Below are positions 10,529 through 19,669 of a DNA stretch of 64,000 nucleotides, one piece after another (position 1 is the first letter of the stretch; every line of letters starts with the position of its first letter). The stretch comes from a virus. Lineage: Duplodnaviria; Caudoviricetes. Where the stretch lies: IMG/VR virus record IMGVR_UViG_3300001847_000332, positions 940 through 64,939 of that record; one strand, 5' to 3'. Below the pieces are notes generated by a model. It saw only the letters and a program-made list of their open reading frames with translations, was not told where the DNA came from and did no database searches. A program made the translations under genes and the position numbers.

Positions 10529-11295
10529 GCTTGCGTCACCACGCCCACCACATCCCAGCGGGTATTGTTGGCGTTGTAAACGCAACCTACATACACGGTC
10601 TTATTCGGCACGGTAGCTGTTGGAAGCGTCACGCCGATAACGGTATATGTAGCGTTCCATGTCAAAGTACGGGTAGTTCCGTTATCCAAAATTCGGAACA
10701 ACAGCTTATTGCCGTCCAGCGGAGTGCCTGTAGGCGCGTTGATAGTAAGACCCGCCGCTAACGCGGTGAATGCATACTGATCGTACAGAGAAATATCTGG
10801 CGTTACCGAAGCTGCCGACGCCGTACTAGAAACCCGAGGGTTAATCCGACCGCCGAAAGGCGTGGACGCAATCTTCACAAAGTCGCTGCCATTCCACGTA
10901 ATTAGCGCCGTTTCGCCAGCGATCATTGTAACGCCAGTGGTCGGACCTGCCCCCACTACCTTTACCGACTGACTTGTGGAGGTTGCGTTGAGCACCAGAT
11001 AGATTTTGCTTGCCGCAGGGACGGTCACGGTCAGCGTGCCTGCCGGGTTTCCTGTGCAGTTGATGATCTGATACTGAGAAGAACCCGTAGCGCCCGAGCC
11101 TGCTTGTGATAAGGATGTCCCGTTGGTCACGCTCAATGTGACTGCGGTCTGGTTTCCGCTGATGGTCTGTGCCCCGGCGACGGCTGCATCCAAGTAAGAC
11201 GTAATGTAGTTGTTGACCGTATCGCCCCACGTGCCGGCCAATTCACCTGTGACAGGAAGTGCCAACCCAAGCAATGATGTGTATGAAGTAGCCAT
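10525..11295 (-). CDS. tail fibre proximal/adaptor protein
   Basis: MATSYTSLLGLALPVTGELAGTWG N-terminus typical of podovirus-like fibre anchors; C-terminal GCVYN...RWDVV domain. Confidence 0.7.
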   Translation of the reverse strand: MATSYTSLLGLALPVTGELAGTWGDTVNNYITSYLDAAVAGAQTISGNQTAVTLSVTNGTSLSQAGSGATGSSQYQIINCTGNPAGTLTVTVPAASKIYLVLNATSTSQSVKVVGAGPTTGVTMIAGETALITWNGSDFVKIASTPFGGRINPRVSSTASAASVTPDISLYDQYAFTALAAGLTINAPTGTPLDGNKLLFRILDNGTTRTLTWNATYTVIGVTLPTATVPNKTVYVGCVYNANNTRWDVVGVVTQA

Positions 11296-11367
11296 TCGTT
11301 ATCCTTATGTCGGGATTTGTTGCCAATTAGAGCTTTGGCTATCGCTATCAACGCCCAAAATTGCGGA

Positions 11368-11553
11368 CTACGATGTGCTGATTGCTTGCCAATTGCCAAC
11401 CTGTGAATCGTCAATTACTGCCCATGCCGGAGTTTGTGCATCTGCGATCTGCGCCCAGTTAGCCGTTTGAGTATCATCAATGATGAACCAAATCAATGAT
11501 GATGTCTGAAATGCATCATTTTGAAATGAGTCTAACTGGAACGCTCTTGCCAT
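11368..11553 (-). CDS. short repeat protein (11-aa xDxQxxxWxxI repeats), apparently truncated
   Basis: 61 aa; three repeats, then TAG at the conserved Gln position; the frame continues to TAA at 11305. Confidence 0.6.
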   Translation of the reverse strand: MARAFQLDSFQNDAFQTSSLIWFIIDDTQTANWAQIADAQTPAWAVIDDSQVGNWQAISTS

Positions 11554-11556
11554 ATC

Positions 11557-12099
11557 CTAGTCCGTTTGTTTTTGAGGTTTCACTAAAGTGGCATGCATAT
11601 CCAATGCCGCTTCTTTAAAATTCTGTAAAGCAAACTGGATGTATTCTGAATTTCTAACTGAAAGCTCAGGGCTAAATGAATAACCCCACGTTGCGGTAAA
11701 GTCACACGAATATCCAGCAGGATTCCATTTAATATCCGTGTGCGGTGCATTGACCTCGCGCCAATCCTGTTTGACGTAGTAATACGACATTTCTGATACT
11801 GGCGGCCATGCATGAGTGAAATCGCCGTAAGCCCGGTTTGATGCCCAGTGCGGAGTAATCAAAAATGCTTTTCCCCCATCTTGGAGCACACGAAATGCTT
11901 CATTCAGGAAATGCACTCTTTGAGTAGCGGACAGATGCTCAAGGAAATGGCTTGCGTGAATTTCTTCTACAGACCCGTCTTCCCAAGGCCATTTGTCCTC
12001 TCCGATATTGAGGACAACATCAACCCCCTCCATCGGATACTGGTCCACCCCGATGTAACCTTCTTTTTTCCGCTTCCCACAGCCAAGATCAAGTTTCAT
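11557..12099 (-). CDS. class I SAM-dependent methyltransferase
   Basis: LDLGCG motif I, SHFLEHL and EAFRVLxxGG. Confidence 0.88.
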   Translation of the reverse strand: MKLDLGCGKRKKEGYIGVDQYPMEGVDVVLNIGEDKWPWEDGSVEEIHASHFLEHLSATQRVHFLNEAFRVLQDGGKAFLITPHWASNRAYGDFTHAWPPVSEMSYYYVKQDWREVNAPHTDIKWNPAGYSCDFTATWGYSFSPELSVRNSEYIQFALQNFKEAALDMHATLVKPQKQTD

Positions 12100-12102
12100 T
12101 TT

Positions 12103-12837
12103 TCACCAAGTGTAATCAGGAATTCCGCCGCGCTTGCCATCAAGATCATAGTGTCCAACCTTGACAGAACAGTCAATTGCGCAGCGATACCCATACTGAC
12201 GCGCGTTTTGCCAGAAGTACAAGTCTTGCGTTGCGACACCACTTTCCGTTTGCGTTACAAACCATGGCCTGCGCAGTCGCTCATCCTTAAACATCTCCAA
12301 ACGAAATACATTAAATCCCATTCCTGTGCCACAGCATTCCACCAAACCACCATTCGGGTCAGGTCGCTGCGGCCGGAAATTTAACACTGGATCATTCGGG
12401 TCGCCCCAAATTTGCGCACAGCCCCCCGCACCTTGCGTGAAGTACAGCCCGCCAATACAAGCAAACTCTGGGTGTGCTTCCATTCGTGCCAGCAACTTTA
12501 CAATTCCGTCTGGCGGAGGAATGTTGTCATGCTCAAGTGTGATGATGTACTTCCACTTACTCAAATCTGGGTGAGCAAGAATTCCTTCAATCGCTGAAGA
12601 AAATGCTTTTCCTACTTCCATTCCAACTGCCCATAACCGAGTAAATTTGGCGTTGGGCGGGGAGTACAAGTTCATCCAACTCGCTACTGCTTTGGTGGGA
12701 ATCTGACCAAAACACGGGACAATTTGAATGCAAGACATGTCCTTGTACGATTTGTCCGATGTGAGCCGCGAGATAGTCTTTTCCAAATCCGCGTTATGAA
12801 CTCCACCATCGTAGGAAGAAATAATTTGAGGTTGCAT
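12103..12837 (-). CDS. GT-A fold (GT2-like) glycosyltransferase
   Basis: ITLEHDNIPPPD (DxD-equivalent), GTGMG, TQDLYF and VKVGH motifs. Confidence 0.75.
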   Translation of the reverse strand: MQPQIISSYDGGVHNADLEKTISRLTSDKSYKDMSCIQIVPCFGQIPTKAVASWMNLYSPPNAKFTRLWAVGMEVGKAFSSAIEGILAHPDLSKWKYIITLEHDNIPPPDGIVKLLARMEAHPEFACIGGLYFTQGAGGCAQIWGDPNDPVLNFRPQRPDPNGGLVECCGTGMGFNVFRLEMFKDERLRRPWFVTQTESGVATQDLYFWQNARQYGYRCAIDCSVKVGHYDLDGKRGGIPDYTW

Positions 12838-15725
12838 TAGTTGTTTCTCATCACCACAGCAAAGTTAGCTTGCAATCGACTGGCACCAGTCATGGTCATT
12901 TGCGAGTACGAAATCGTAGCCGGCAATCCAGTTGAAGCGGCTGAGAATACACCAGATGGTTGCAAACTGTTATTGGTGTTTGCCGTTGCCACTGCGTAGT
13001 CTTGGACCATCGCCCAGCTTGCTGACTGCATCGTGTTGCCGACAATAGACAATGTTTGCCCAAGCGCCGTGGTCGCAGTGCCGCTAGAAAACGTGTTGGT
13101 CACTAGGTTAGCGGCAATAAAATACTCACCGGGGGTTACGCTAAAGTTTACGGGGCATGAAATTGGCCTGATCCCTGATCCCAAAATCTGCGTTGCGCCA
13201 GCCGTATTGCTCGCAAGGGTATATGTCGTCTGTGTTGATCCTGAGGACAGGGACATCAATCTTGAGTTCAGCGTGTCATTTGTATAAATGCCCATGTAAA
13301 TTGACAACTGCTGACCGTAGGTATTTGCCGTTGCCGAACTTGCGAGCGATTGATACAACAACAGATCCATGCGAGAACCGCTCAGGTACGGCAAGGTCAC
13401 GACATTTACCGATGCCGAAGCGTTGGTTGGAGCCGACAACATTGTTAGCCCCGCATAATTTGGAACAATTACCCGTGATAGGAGCGGCGCTGCCGGAGCA
13501 CTCAAAGACAATGCTAAACCGTTTGTGTTCAGCGTCAGCGAACCCGAAATGTTTGTACCGCCGAATGTCGTGCCCGTCCCTGCTCTACCGGATGTCAGGT
13601 CATTAACATAAGTGGTAATGAACGGCGGCCATGCTGCCGACAAGCCAGACGTATTGAGCGTTACACCGACGGTTGTACCCGCTTGTGTCGTGCTTGTGTA
13701 ACCAGTCCCCGCTTTGTTGGTATCTACGGTTTGCGCTACTGTATTGACGCCGCTGATGGTAATTGCATTACCTACTTGGCTAAGGGTAATGTTATTCCCC
13801 CCTGCCAAAGTTAAAGTCCCGCTGGAGACTTGAGCTAGCGTTCCTGACGTATTTCCCGATAGCGTGATGTTGTGCAGGTTTTGCGTTTGGACCGTTTGTG
13901 CCACGTATGTAGTCAAATACGCCGGCACTCCCAAACTCAAACCGCTTGTGTTCAGCGTACCAACAATTGCTGTACCTGCCGTTGTGGTCGACGTAAAGCC
14001 AGTACCTGCCTTGTTGGTATCGACCGTTTGTGCCGCGTAGGTCGTAATAAAGGGCGGCCACGCTGCCGACAGACCAGACGTGTTCAATGTTACGCCTACT
14101 GTTGATCCAGCTTGCGTAGTGCTTGTATACCCCGTGCCGGCCTTATTGGTATCTACGGTTTGCGCGACTGTGTTGACGCCGCTAATGGTAATCGCATTTC
14201 CCACTTGACTGAGGGTGATGTTATTTCCACCAGCCAAGGTTAACGTTCCACTTGAGATTTGGGCTAGCGTACCCGAGGTATTCCCGGATAACGTGACATT
14301 ATGAAGATTCTGCGTTTGAACCGTTTGCGCCGCATAAGTTGTTAAATAGGCTGGGACACCTAAGCTCAAACCACTTGTATTTAATGTGCCGACTACTGCC
14401 GTTCCCGCAGTTGTCGTAGATGTAAAACCTGTTCCCGCCTTATTTGTGTCTACGGTTTGTGCGACCGTGTTAACACCACTGATGGTAATAGCATTGCCTA
14501 CCTGACTTAGCGTGATGTTGTTACCACCCGCTAATGTGAGCGTTCCACTAGAAATTTGCGCCAGCGTGCCTGATGTGTTCCCCGACAGTGTGACGTTGTG
14601 CAAGTTCTGCGTCTGCACCGTTTGTGCCGCATAAGTGGTGATATATGCGGGGACTCCCAGACTTAGTCCGTTAGTATTAAGGGTGCCGACGACTGCTGTT
14701 CCAGCGGTCGTCGTAGAAGTGAACCCTGTGCCTGCCTTGTTGGTGTCTACTGTTTGTGCCGCATAAGTCGTCAAAAACGGCGGCCACGCTGCCGAAAGTC
14801 CCGATGTATTAAGCGTAACCCCAACCGTTGATCCCGCTTGCGTCGTACTTGTATAGCCAGTTCCCGCATAATCCGTTTTGACGGATGCCGTCATCTGATT
14901 CGTGCTAAGCCCAAACGTAACGCCGTTTGAGTTGGCGAACTGGATTGTCCCACTGTTCTGTGTATAGGTGCCCGAGCCTTGCAATGCCGCGCCCGCACCT
15001 GCCCCACCCGCGTTTCCGCTTAGTGAGAGCGCGACGCCATTTGTATTGACCGACAATGTTCCAGTCAAATTTGTCAGGGCCAGTGTCGTACCTGTACCAG
15101 CTCGCCCCGATGTCAGATCATTTGCGTAAGTGGTAATGAATGCGGGCATCGCCATGCTGAGACCATTAGTCCCATTTGTGGCGACCACTGCGGTACCGGC
15201 AGTTGTTGTGGATGTGAATCCAGTGCCTGCAAAATTTGTTGTATTAGCCGACGGAAACGCCGCGCTTGTAATTGCTGATGTCGCGCTTGTCTGTTGAAAT
15301 AGACTTGACTGGCTGGTATTTACAAAATTAGAACTTTGATTGCTCGCCATGTAATTTGTGGCGACCGTTGCAATTACCGAACCGTTTGACAAACTAAAGC
15401 TAACACCATTAGTATCGCCAAACTGCATCGTATTGGCACTTGTGTTCGTACCCGACGCCGAAAAATACATCGGCTGCTGAGTCTGCGCGAATGTGGCAGC
15501 ATTGAAAATAATTGTTGCCGCACTTACATCCGTAGTCGCGCTCAATGTGATATTACTACCACCTTGAAAAACAATATTTGTTCCGCTAATTGAAGCCGGA
15601 CCAAGATAATTACCGGACAGTGTTTGGGCTTGGATATGCGCTGAATTCCAGTCGCTTGGACGAACCACACTTGTGGCTGTTCCATCTGCTACTGTCTGGG
15701 TGTAGGCATGAAAAAGAGCGGTCAT
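12837..15725 (-). CDS. repeat-rich fibre protein
   Basis: 962 aa, very Thr/Ser/Asn/Gly-rich; modular near-identical repeats. Confidence 0.75.
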   Translation of the reverse strand: MTALFHAYTQTVADGTATSVVRPSDWNSAHIQAQTLSGNYLGPASISGTNIVFQGGSNITLSATTDVSAATIIFNAATFAQTQQPMYFSASGTNTSANTMQFGDTNGVSFSLSNGSVIATVATNYMASNQSSNFVNTSQSSLFQQTSATSAITSAAFPSANTTNFAGTGFTSTTTAGTAVVATNGTNGLSMAMPAFITTYANDLTSGRAGTGTTLALTNLTGTLSVNTNGVALSLSGNAGGAGAGAALQGSGTYTQNSGTIQFANSNGVTFGLSTNQMTASVKTDYAGTGYTSTTQAGSTVGVTLNTSGLSAAWPPFLTTYAAQTVDTNKAGTGFTSTTTAGTAVVGTLNTNGLSLGVPAYITTYAAQTVQTQNLHNVTLSGNTSGTLAQISSGTLTLAGGNNITLSQVGNAITISGVNTVAQTVDTNKAGTGFTSTTTAGTAVVGTLNTSGLSLGVPAYLTTYAAQTVQTQNLHNVTLSGNTSGTLAQISSGTLTLAGGNNITLSQVGNAITISGVNTVAQTVDTNKAGTGYTSTTQAGSTVGVTLNTSGLSAAWPPFITTYAAQTVDTNKAGTGFTSTTTAGTAIVGTLNTSGLSLGVPAYLTTYVAQTVQTQNLHNITLSGNTSGTLAQVSSGTLTLAGGNNITLSQVGNAITISGVNTVAQTVDTNKAGTGYTSTTQAGTTVGVTLNTSGLSAAWPPFITTYVNDLTSGRAGTGTTFGGTNISGSLTLNTNGLALSLSAPAAPLLSRVIVPNYAGLTMLSAPTNASASVNVVTLPYLSGSRMDLLLYQSLASSATANTYGQQLSIYMGIYTNDTLNSRLMSLSSGSTQTTYTLASNTAGATQILGSGIRPISCPVNFSVTPGEYFIAANLVTNTFSSGTATTALGQTLSIVGNTMQSASWAMVQDYAVATANTNNSLQPSGVFSAASTGLPATISYSQMTMTGASRLQANFAVVMRNN

Positions 15726-15734
15726 TGCCGTTCC

Positions 15735-16160
15735 TTATGCAACGCGAATTAACGCGGTAGATTGTGTGGCGGCCGGCATCGTCACCGTAAAGGGCGAGTT
15801 CAATGACGACTTGTCCGAACCAAAATCCAAAACCGCAATCGCTTTGTTAGACTTACTAAAATTATAAATCAACGCCCCACGCGCCGTAATGTTTGAATTC
15901 GACCAAGTTGAATTATTAAAACTTACAATTGCCGTTGTTCCCGCCAATGTTACGGACACGCCTGTAAGCGTGTTCCCTCCAGCCGTATAGTTAGTACCAG
16001 AAGACGATACCTCGCCTGTGGTGGAGTAAACTGTTGTTGAGTCATTTAGTATCGCACTGCTTGTGTAAAGTGCGATTTTGATAACGTCGGTCGATAAATC
16101 ATGTTGCCCAAGCAGGATTTGCTGCTTGAATGACGAGCACATTGTTTGCACAATTGCCAT
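15735..16160 (-). CDS. structural protein (tail-associated)
   Basis: MAIVQTMCSSFK...KIALYT...ARGALIYN...VLDFGSDK motifs common in phage tail-region genes. Confidence 0.65.
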   Translation of the reverse strand: MAIVQTMCSSFKQQILLGQHDLSTDVIKIALYTSSAILNDSTTVYSTTGEVSSSGTNYTAGGNTLTGVSVTLAGTTAIVSFNNSTWSNSNITARGALIYNFSKSNKAIAVLDFGSDKSSLNSPFTVTMPAATQSTALIRVA

Positions 16161-16161
16161 C

Positions 16162-16791
16162 TCAACTTACCTTTTCGCGGAATTGGCCAGAACGATAAGC
16201 ATCCTGACGGAGCTTGCCGTCGCCCAAATTTTTAAGAAGCCCAACAGCTTGTACGTACAGGGTTTGGTACAACTGAACCATATCCTGTTCCCCTTTCATA
16301 AAACGAATAGCTTCAATCAACGCACCATTTAAAAGTGCGGAATCGAACTCATCTCCAAGCCATGTTGTGCCCGCAGTAACAATTGATGGCGGGTAGTATC
16401 CGTAATGAAGCTCCGCAGAATAACTGCTATTGGGAGTAGGACCGACGATAAATGTATTGTCGTCAAAATACGCATAATGTTTAGGCAATCCTGTGCTAGT
16501 CGGCACCGGATAAGCTTCGCGCATAAAATTAACATCTTTATTTAACAAATAGTGATATGCGCCATCACTATCTACCACGGCCAACGAATAGGTATACAAA
16601 AAATCGTTTGGCGCGGACAAATACTTGTTATTAGCCGTCAGCGTTCCAGTAACATTTTTTCGAAGTGCTGGAATTTGGACACTGTTGTAAATTTTTTGCT
16701 CGGCCTGTTCAGTAAACATAGCGAGCTGATCGGCTGTGAAAGTGTTTTCACAGATGTCTTGTATATTTGTACAAAGTGTCGCGTAATTCAT
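16162..16791 (-). CDS. head-to-tail adaptor / tail tubular-like protein
   Basis: 209 aa; GLPKHYA, VGPTPxSxY and LLNGALIEA motifs. Confidence 0.65.
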   Translation of the reverse strand: MNYATLCTNIQDICENTFTADQLAMFTEQAEQKIYNSVQIPALRKNVTGTLTANNKYLSAPNDFLYTYSLAVVDSDGAYHYLLNKDVNFMREAYPVPTSTGLPKHYAYFDDNTFIVGPTPNSSYSAELHYGYYPPSIVTAGTTWLGDEFDSALLNGALIEAIRFMKGEQDMVQLYQTLYVQAVGLLKNLGDGKLRQDAYRSGQFREKVS

Positions 16792-16798
16792 AAGCGCC

Positions 16799-16984
16799 TC
16801 ACGCCATCGGACCGCGAGCCGTTACGCCTTTTGTGGCTGCACCCGTCCCACGAATTTTAACGCCGGAAGTTTTAACTCCATTGTTAGCAGTCATGGACAT
16901 GCCATCAGTAGGTGTCCAGTTTTTCTTTTGTTCAAACGGTACTTCTTTACCTGCCTTAACCGGGATAACTTTCTTATCAGCCAT
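16799..16984 (-). CDS. small basic protein
   Basis: 61 aa ending KIRGTGAATKGVTARGPMA. Confidence 0.65.
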   Translation of the reverse strand: MADKKVIPVKAGKEVPFEQKKNWTPTDGMSMTANNGVKTSGVKIRGTGAATKGVTARGPMA

Positions 16985-16985
16985 C

Positions 16986-17153
16986 TCAAGCACCTTTTTT
17001 GTAGGTAAATGATGATTTCTTTTGATTAGCTACTTTAGCCAGACCGCGACCAAGTTGTTTACGCTGAAGGCTAGTTACGCCGCCTTTGGCGTATCCCTTA
17101 CCAGCCGCCTTGCTTTCAGTCTTAACGATAGATTTTGTGTTTACTTTGCCCAT
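16986..17153 (-). CDS. small basic protein (not in the ORF track)
   Basis: Read by hand: MGKVNTKSIVKTESKAAGKGYAKGGVTSLQRKQLGRGLAKVANQKKSSFTYKKGA, 55 aa, GAGG upstream, fills the operon gap. Confidence 0.75.
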   Translation of the reverse strand: MGKVNTKSIVKTESKAAGKGYAKGGVTSLQRKQLGRGLAKVANQKKSSFTYKKGA

Positions 17154-17163
17154 GTTCCGTCCC

Positions 17164-17535
17164 TCAAGTTGTAGATATAGTTACCGTGCCAATTTGCCCG
17201 GTAGCGACCAGATTATTTACAAATCCCGGCATTGCTGCAGAATCCCCTCCGCCTACCGGAACCCAGCCCCATTGAACGTCTCGGGACGCATTTTGTGCCG
17301 ATGTATAAACCAGTGATTGATCTGGACGTGGTCTACGCAGGGCTTGCGGGTCATCTACTGGATACATACCCTGCATGTTTTGCGGGTGGTCCACACTCCA
17401 ACATTCATTACAGGCCAAAACGTTTGTTTTCTTTGTACGGACGATTAGCTCTTTGAGCTTAGACAGAGCATAACGAAACCCGCAAACGTCGCAGAATCCG
17501 AATGCTTTTTTGCCCGCTGCGAACCTATTGCCCAT
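17164..17535 (-). CDS. zinc-ribbon virion-associated protein
   Basis: CDVCG and CNECW pairs; DPQALRRPRPD motif. Confidence 0.7.
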   Translation of the reverse strand: MGNRFAAGKKAFGFCDVCGFRYALSKLKELIVRTKKTNVLACNECWSVDHPQNMQGMYPVDDPQALRRPRPDQSLVYTSAQNASRDVQWGWVPVGGGDSAAMPGFVNNLVATGQIGTVTISTT

Positions 17536-17537
17536 GG

Positions 17538-18224
17538 CTACCTCGATCTAAACATTCGAGGTACGAATCGAACGGAAGCCTTTTCTCGGTCCTCACCCGC
17601 CGCTAAATCAAACTGTTCGTCATACGCGGCTTTCAGCATTTGAATACGCTCTCCAAGAGCGGGGTCTTTTTGTGCTAAATAATAGGCCAGCCCAGCTACC
17701 AAGCAAGGCAAAAAACGAAATTGAACATCTGGAGTTTCTATACCATTTCCAGCGTCCTGAATCCGGCGCATACGCCAGTACACAAGCGTGTAGGTCTGGG
17801 TGGTATCCGGCACGGGCCACACCGTAACCTGTGGCGCATCACGCAGCCGCTGAACGTAGAGCTGGATGGGGCGGCCCTGTACATTTTTGTTGGGGATCGT
17901 GGCGTAAGTGGAAACGCTGATCCGCGAGATTGCCAGATCAGCCTGCGTCGAGCCGCTGCCTGTACGTACGACATGATCGAGAAGGTCGATGGTGTCTGAC
18001 GGAAGGGTGTATGTGGCGACCCCGGGCGAAAGCACTTGCGTACCTTGCTCAATGGTCCACATGTTAATGCCACGGTTTTGCCACTCAATCGTGAGCAGGT
18101 TCATGGACCGCCGCGCTGTTCGTAGGTCATAACCCGAACGCATCTCGCGCCCAGCACGCTCCCACGCTTCTTCAGCAATCTCCGTGAAGTCCAGATTAAA
18201 CGCGGTTGTGCCGGATGTGGTCAT
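17538..18224 (-). CDS. head-to-tail adaptor protein
   Basis: 228 aa; MTTSGT...ARRSMNLL..EWxNRG...WPVPD...RFLPCLVAGLAYY. Confidence 0.7.
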   Translation of the reverse strand: MTTSGTTAFNLDFTEIAEEAWERAGREMRSGYDLRTARRSMNLLTIEWQNRGINMWTIEQGTQVLSPGVATYTLPSDTIDLLDHVVRTGSGSTQADLAISRISVSTYATIPNKNVQGRPIQLYVQRLRDAPQVTVWPVPDTTQTYTLVYWRMRRIQDAGNGIETPDVQFRFLPCLVAGLAYYLAQKDPALGERIQMLKAAYDEQFDLAAGEDREKASVRFVPRMFRSR

Positions 18225-18401
18225 TTATTTGCCCAGTTTCTTGAGCGTCTGCGCCAGACGTGCACGCTTGCCCGTTGTGCCGGGTTTCTTGGCAGCTGCT
18301 GCTAGCTTGCCAGCGGGAATGGGCTTGCCTTCTTTGACGCCGAGTGAACTACGCAATGCGCCCGGCTTCTTGATCGCTTTCTGAATCCACTTCTCAGCCA
18401 T
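18225..18401 (-). CDS. small basic protein (not in the ORF track)
   Basis: Read by hand: MAEKWIQKAIKKPGALRSSLGVKEGKPIPAGKLAAAAKKPGTTGKRARLAQTLKKLGK, 58 aa, GAGG RBS. Confidence 0.8.
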   Translation of the reverse strand: MAEKWIQKAIKKPGALRSSLGVKEGKPIPAGKLAAAAKKPGTTGKRARLAQTLKKLGK

Positions 18402-18403
18402 GA

Positions 18404-18655
18404 TTACCTCTTCACAGTTTTAGCCGACTGTCGGAATGCCGCAGCAGTCGGAGCACCTTTGGCACCGGGTTTGCGCATCTTCTCGCCCGAGCCCGCGGCA
18501 ATACGTTTGCGCTTGGCATTGATGTTGGCATACAACCCGACGTTACCGCCCGCGGCATACATGTCCACGTCCTGAGGATGATCCTTACGGACAATCTTCT
18601 TGGCTTTGGGCATCTTGCTGGGGTTGATAATCCCCATACCACGGCTCGGTCTCAT
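18404..18655 (-). CDS. small basic protein
   Basis: 83 aa; YAAGG and GLYANIxAKRKR motifs. Confidence 0.75.
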   Translation of the reverse strand: MRPSRGMGIINPSKMPKAKKIVRKDHPQDVDMYAAGGNVGLYANINAKRKRIAAGSGEKMRKPGAKGAPTAAAFRQSAKTVKR

Positions 18656-19074
18656 CAGATAATCTTGCCTTTCGTTTTGCCTTTAGTGGCAATGCCGTCA
18701 GCCCGACGGGACGCGGAACCCACGGAGCCGCCTTTTTTTAGTCCTCGGGCTTCTCTACGTTCTTGGGCAGCGGCTTCACGTCCAGCTTTCATTACCGATG
18801 GGTAGCGATCAAAAGCTACTTCTCCGATACTAGGAGCTGGCACATCTTCTTTAAAAGCCCTATTGGCTTCTTGATCACGTGCATACTGGGCACCAGCACT
18901 TAATTCTGTGCCGTAATCATCGTCGCTACTGCCGGTAAGAGCATTTTTTAAACGGTTAGCAATGCCTTTACGTCGGTCTACTTCCGCAGCTAACCCCCCC
19001 GCAGTGGGGTTTAATTTTTCAAGCTCTTGCTGTTTACGCAATCGACGAGCCCCGGGAGATTCTTTATCTGCCAT
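18655..19074 (-). CDS. hypothetical virion-region protein
   Basis: 139 aa ending LKKGGSV...RADGIATKGKTKGKII; GGAG RBS. Confidence 0.75.
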   Translation of the reverse strand: MADKESPGARRLRKQQELEKLNPTAGGLAAEVDRRKGIANRLKNALTGSSDDDYGTELSAGAQYARDQEANRAFKEDVPAPSIGEVAFDRYPSVMKAGREAAAQERREARGLKKGGSVGSASRRADGIATKGKTKGKII

Positions 19075-19083
19075 GATATCTCC

Positions 19084-19485
19084 TTACTTGCACATGCCGC
19101 CTTTTTTCATCACGATCTGCTTGGCTTTGGTCTTGCCTTTTTGAGCAATGCCATCAGCCGCCTTCGTGAAGCCGCCTTTGGCGTAGCACTTGCCGCCCTT
19201 CTTCATACCCTTGGCTTCTTCAGACTTTTCGCCCTTGGCGTATTGCTGCGGCGTGATCTTGCCAGATTTGATCGCTTTGGCTTCTTTCAGCTCTTCGCTG
19301 TAAGTTTCTTTACCGCCAAACAGTTTTTTAGCTGCCATCTTTCCACCCTCGCTGAATTTGCGGCCCTTATCGGCCTTCATAAACTCTTGCCCAACCGACT
19401 GCGGAATGCCTACTCGTTTAGCCGCTTTCGGATCGTTGGCAACCATTGCCATCAAATTGTGCTGCTTTTGACTACGACTCGGCAT
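19084..19485 (-). CDS. small basic protein with four xxxGG motifs
   Basis: 133 aa; FSEGG, MKKGG, YAKGG, MKKGG. Confidence 0.75.
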   Translation of the reverse strand: MPSRSQKQHNLMAMVANDPKAAKRVGIPQSVGQEFMKADKGRKFSEGGKMAAKKLFGGKETYSEELKEAKAIKSGKITPQQYAKGEKSEEAKGMKKGGKCYAKGGFTKAADGIAQKGKTKAKQIVMKKGGMCK

Positions 19486-19669
19486 TCTTTTTACCCCTGC
19501 CGTGAATCCATCCTTGAACGGTCGGCGTTTCGTAAATTCGGATTAACGTCCAGACGATTGAAAACAACGCGGCAATCGCCGGAAGGTAATTTACAATCGT
19601 ACCGATTACCGTAAGTATCGAAGCCGCATCGCCAACTTGCTTAGCCACCTCGTGTGCTTGGTCACTCAT
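19472..19669 (-). CDS. small membrane protein
   Basis: 65 aa with a long hydrophobic stretch; coupled to both neighbours. Confidence 0.7.
   Translation of the reverse strand: MSDQAHEVAKQVGDAASILTVIGTIVNYLPAIAALFSIVWTLIRIYETPTVQGWIHGRGKKNAES

Noticed and set aside
11305-12099. Genome-wide TAG-to-Gln recoding (TAG at a Gln repeat position; methyltransferase TAG in frame with the next ORF)
   Set aside because: TAG ends other genes right before the next start (stops at 4308 and 17538), long genes are uninterrupted in the standard code, and no suppressor tRNA is present.
12837-15725. Diversity-generating retroelement acting on fibre repeats
   Set aside because: No reverse transcriptase; differences between repeats are mostly synonymous and not adenine-specific.
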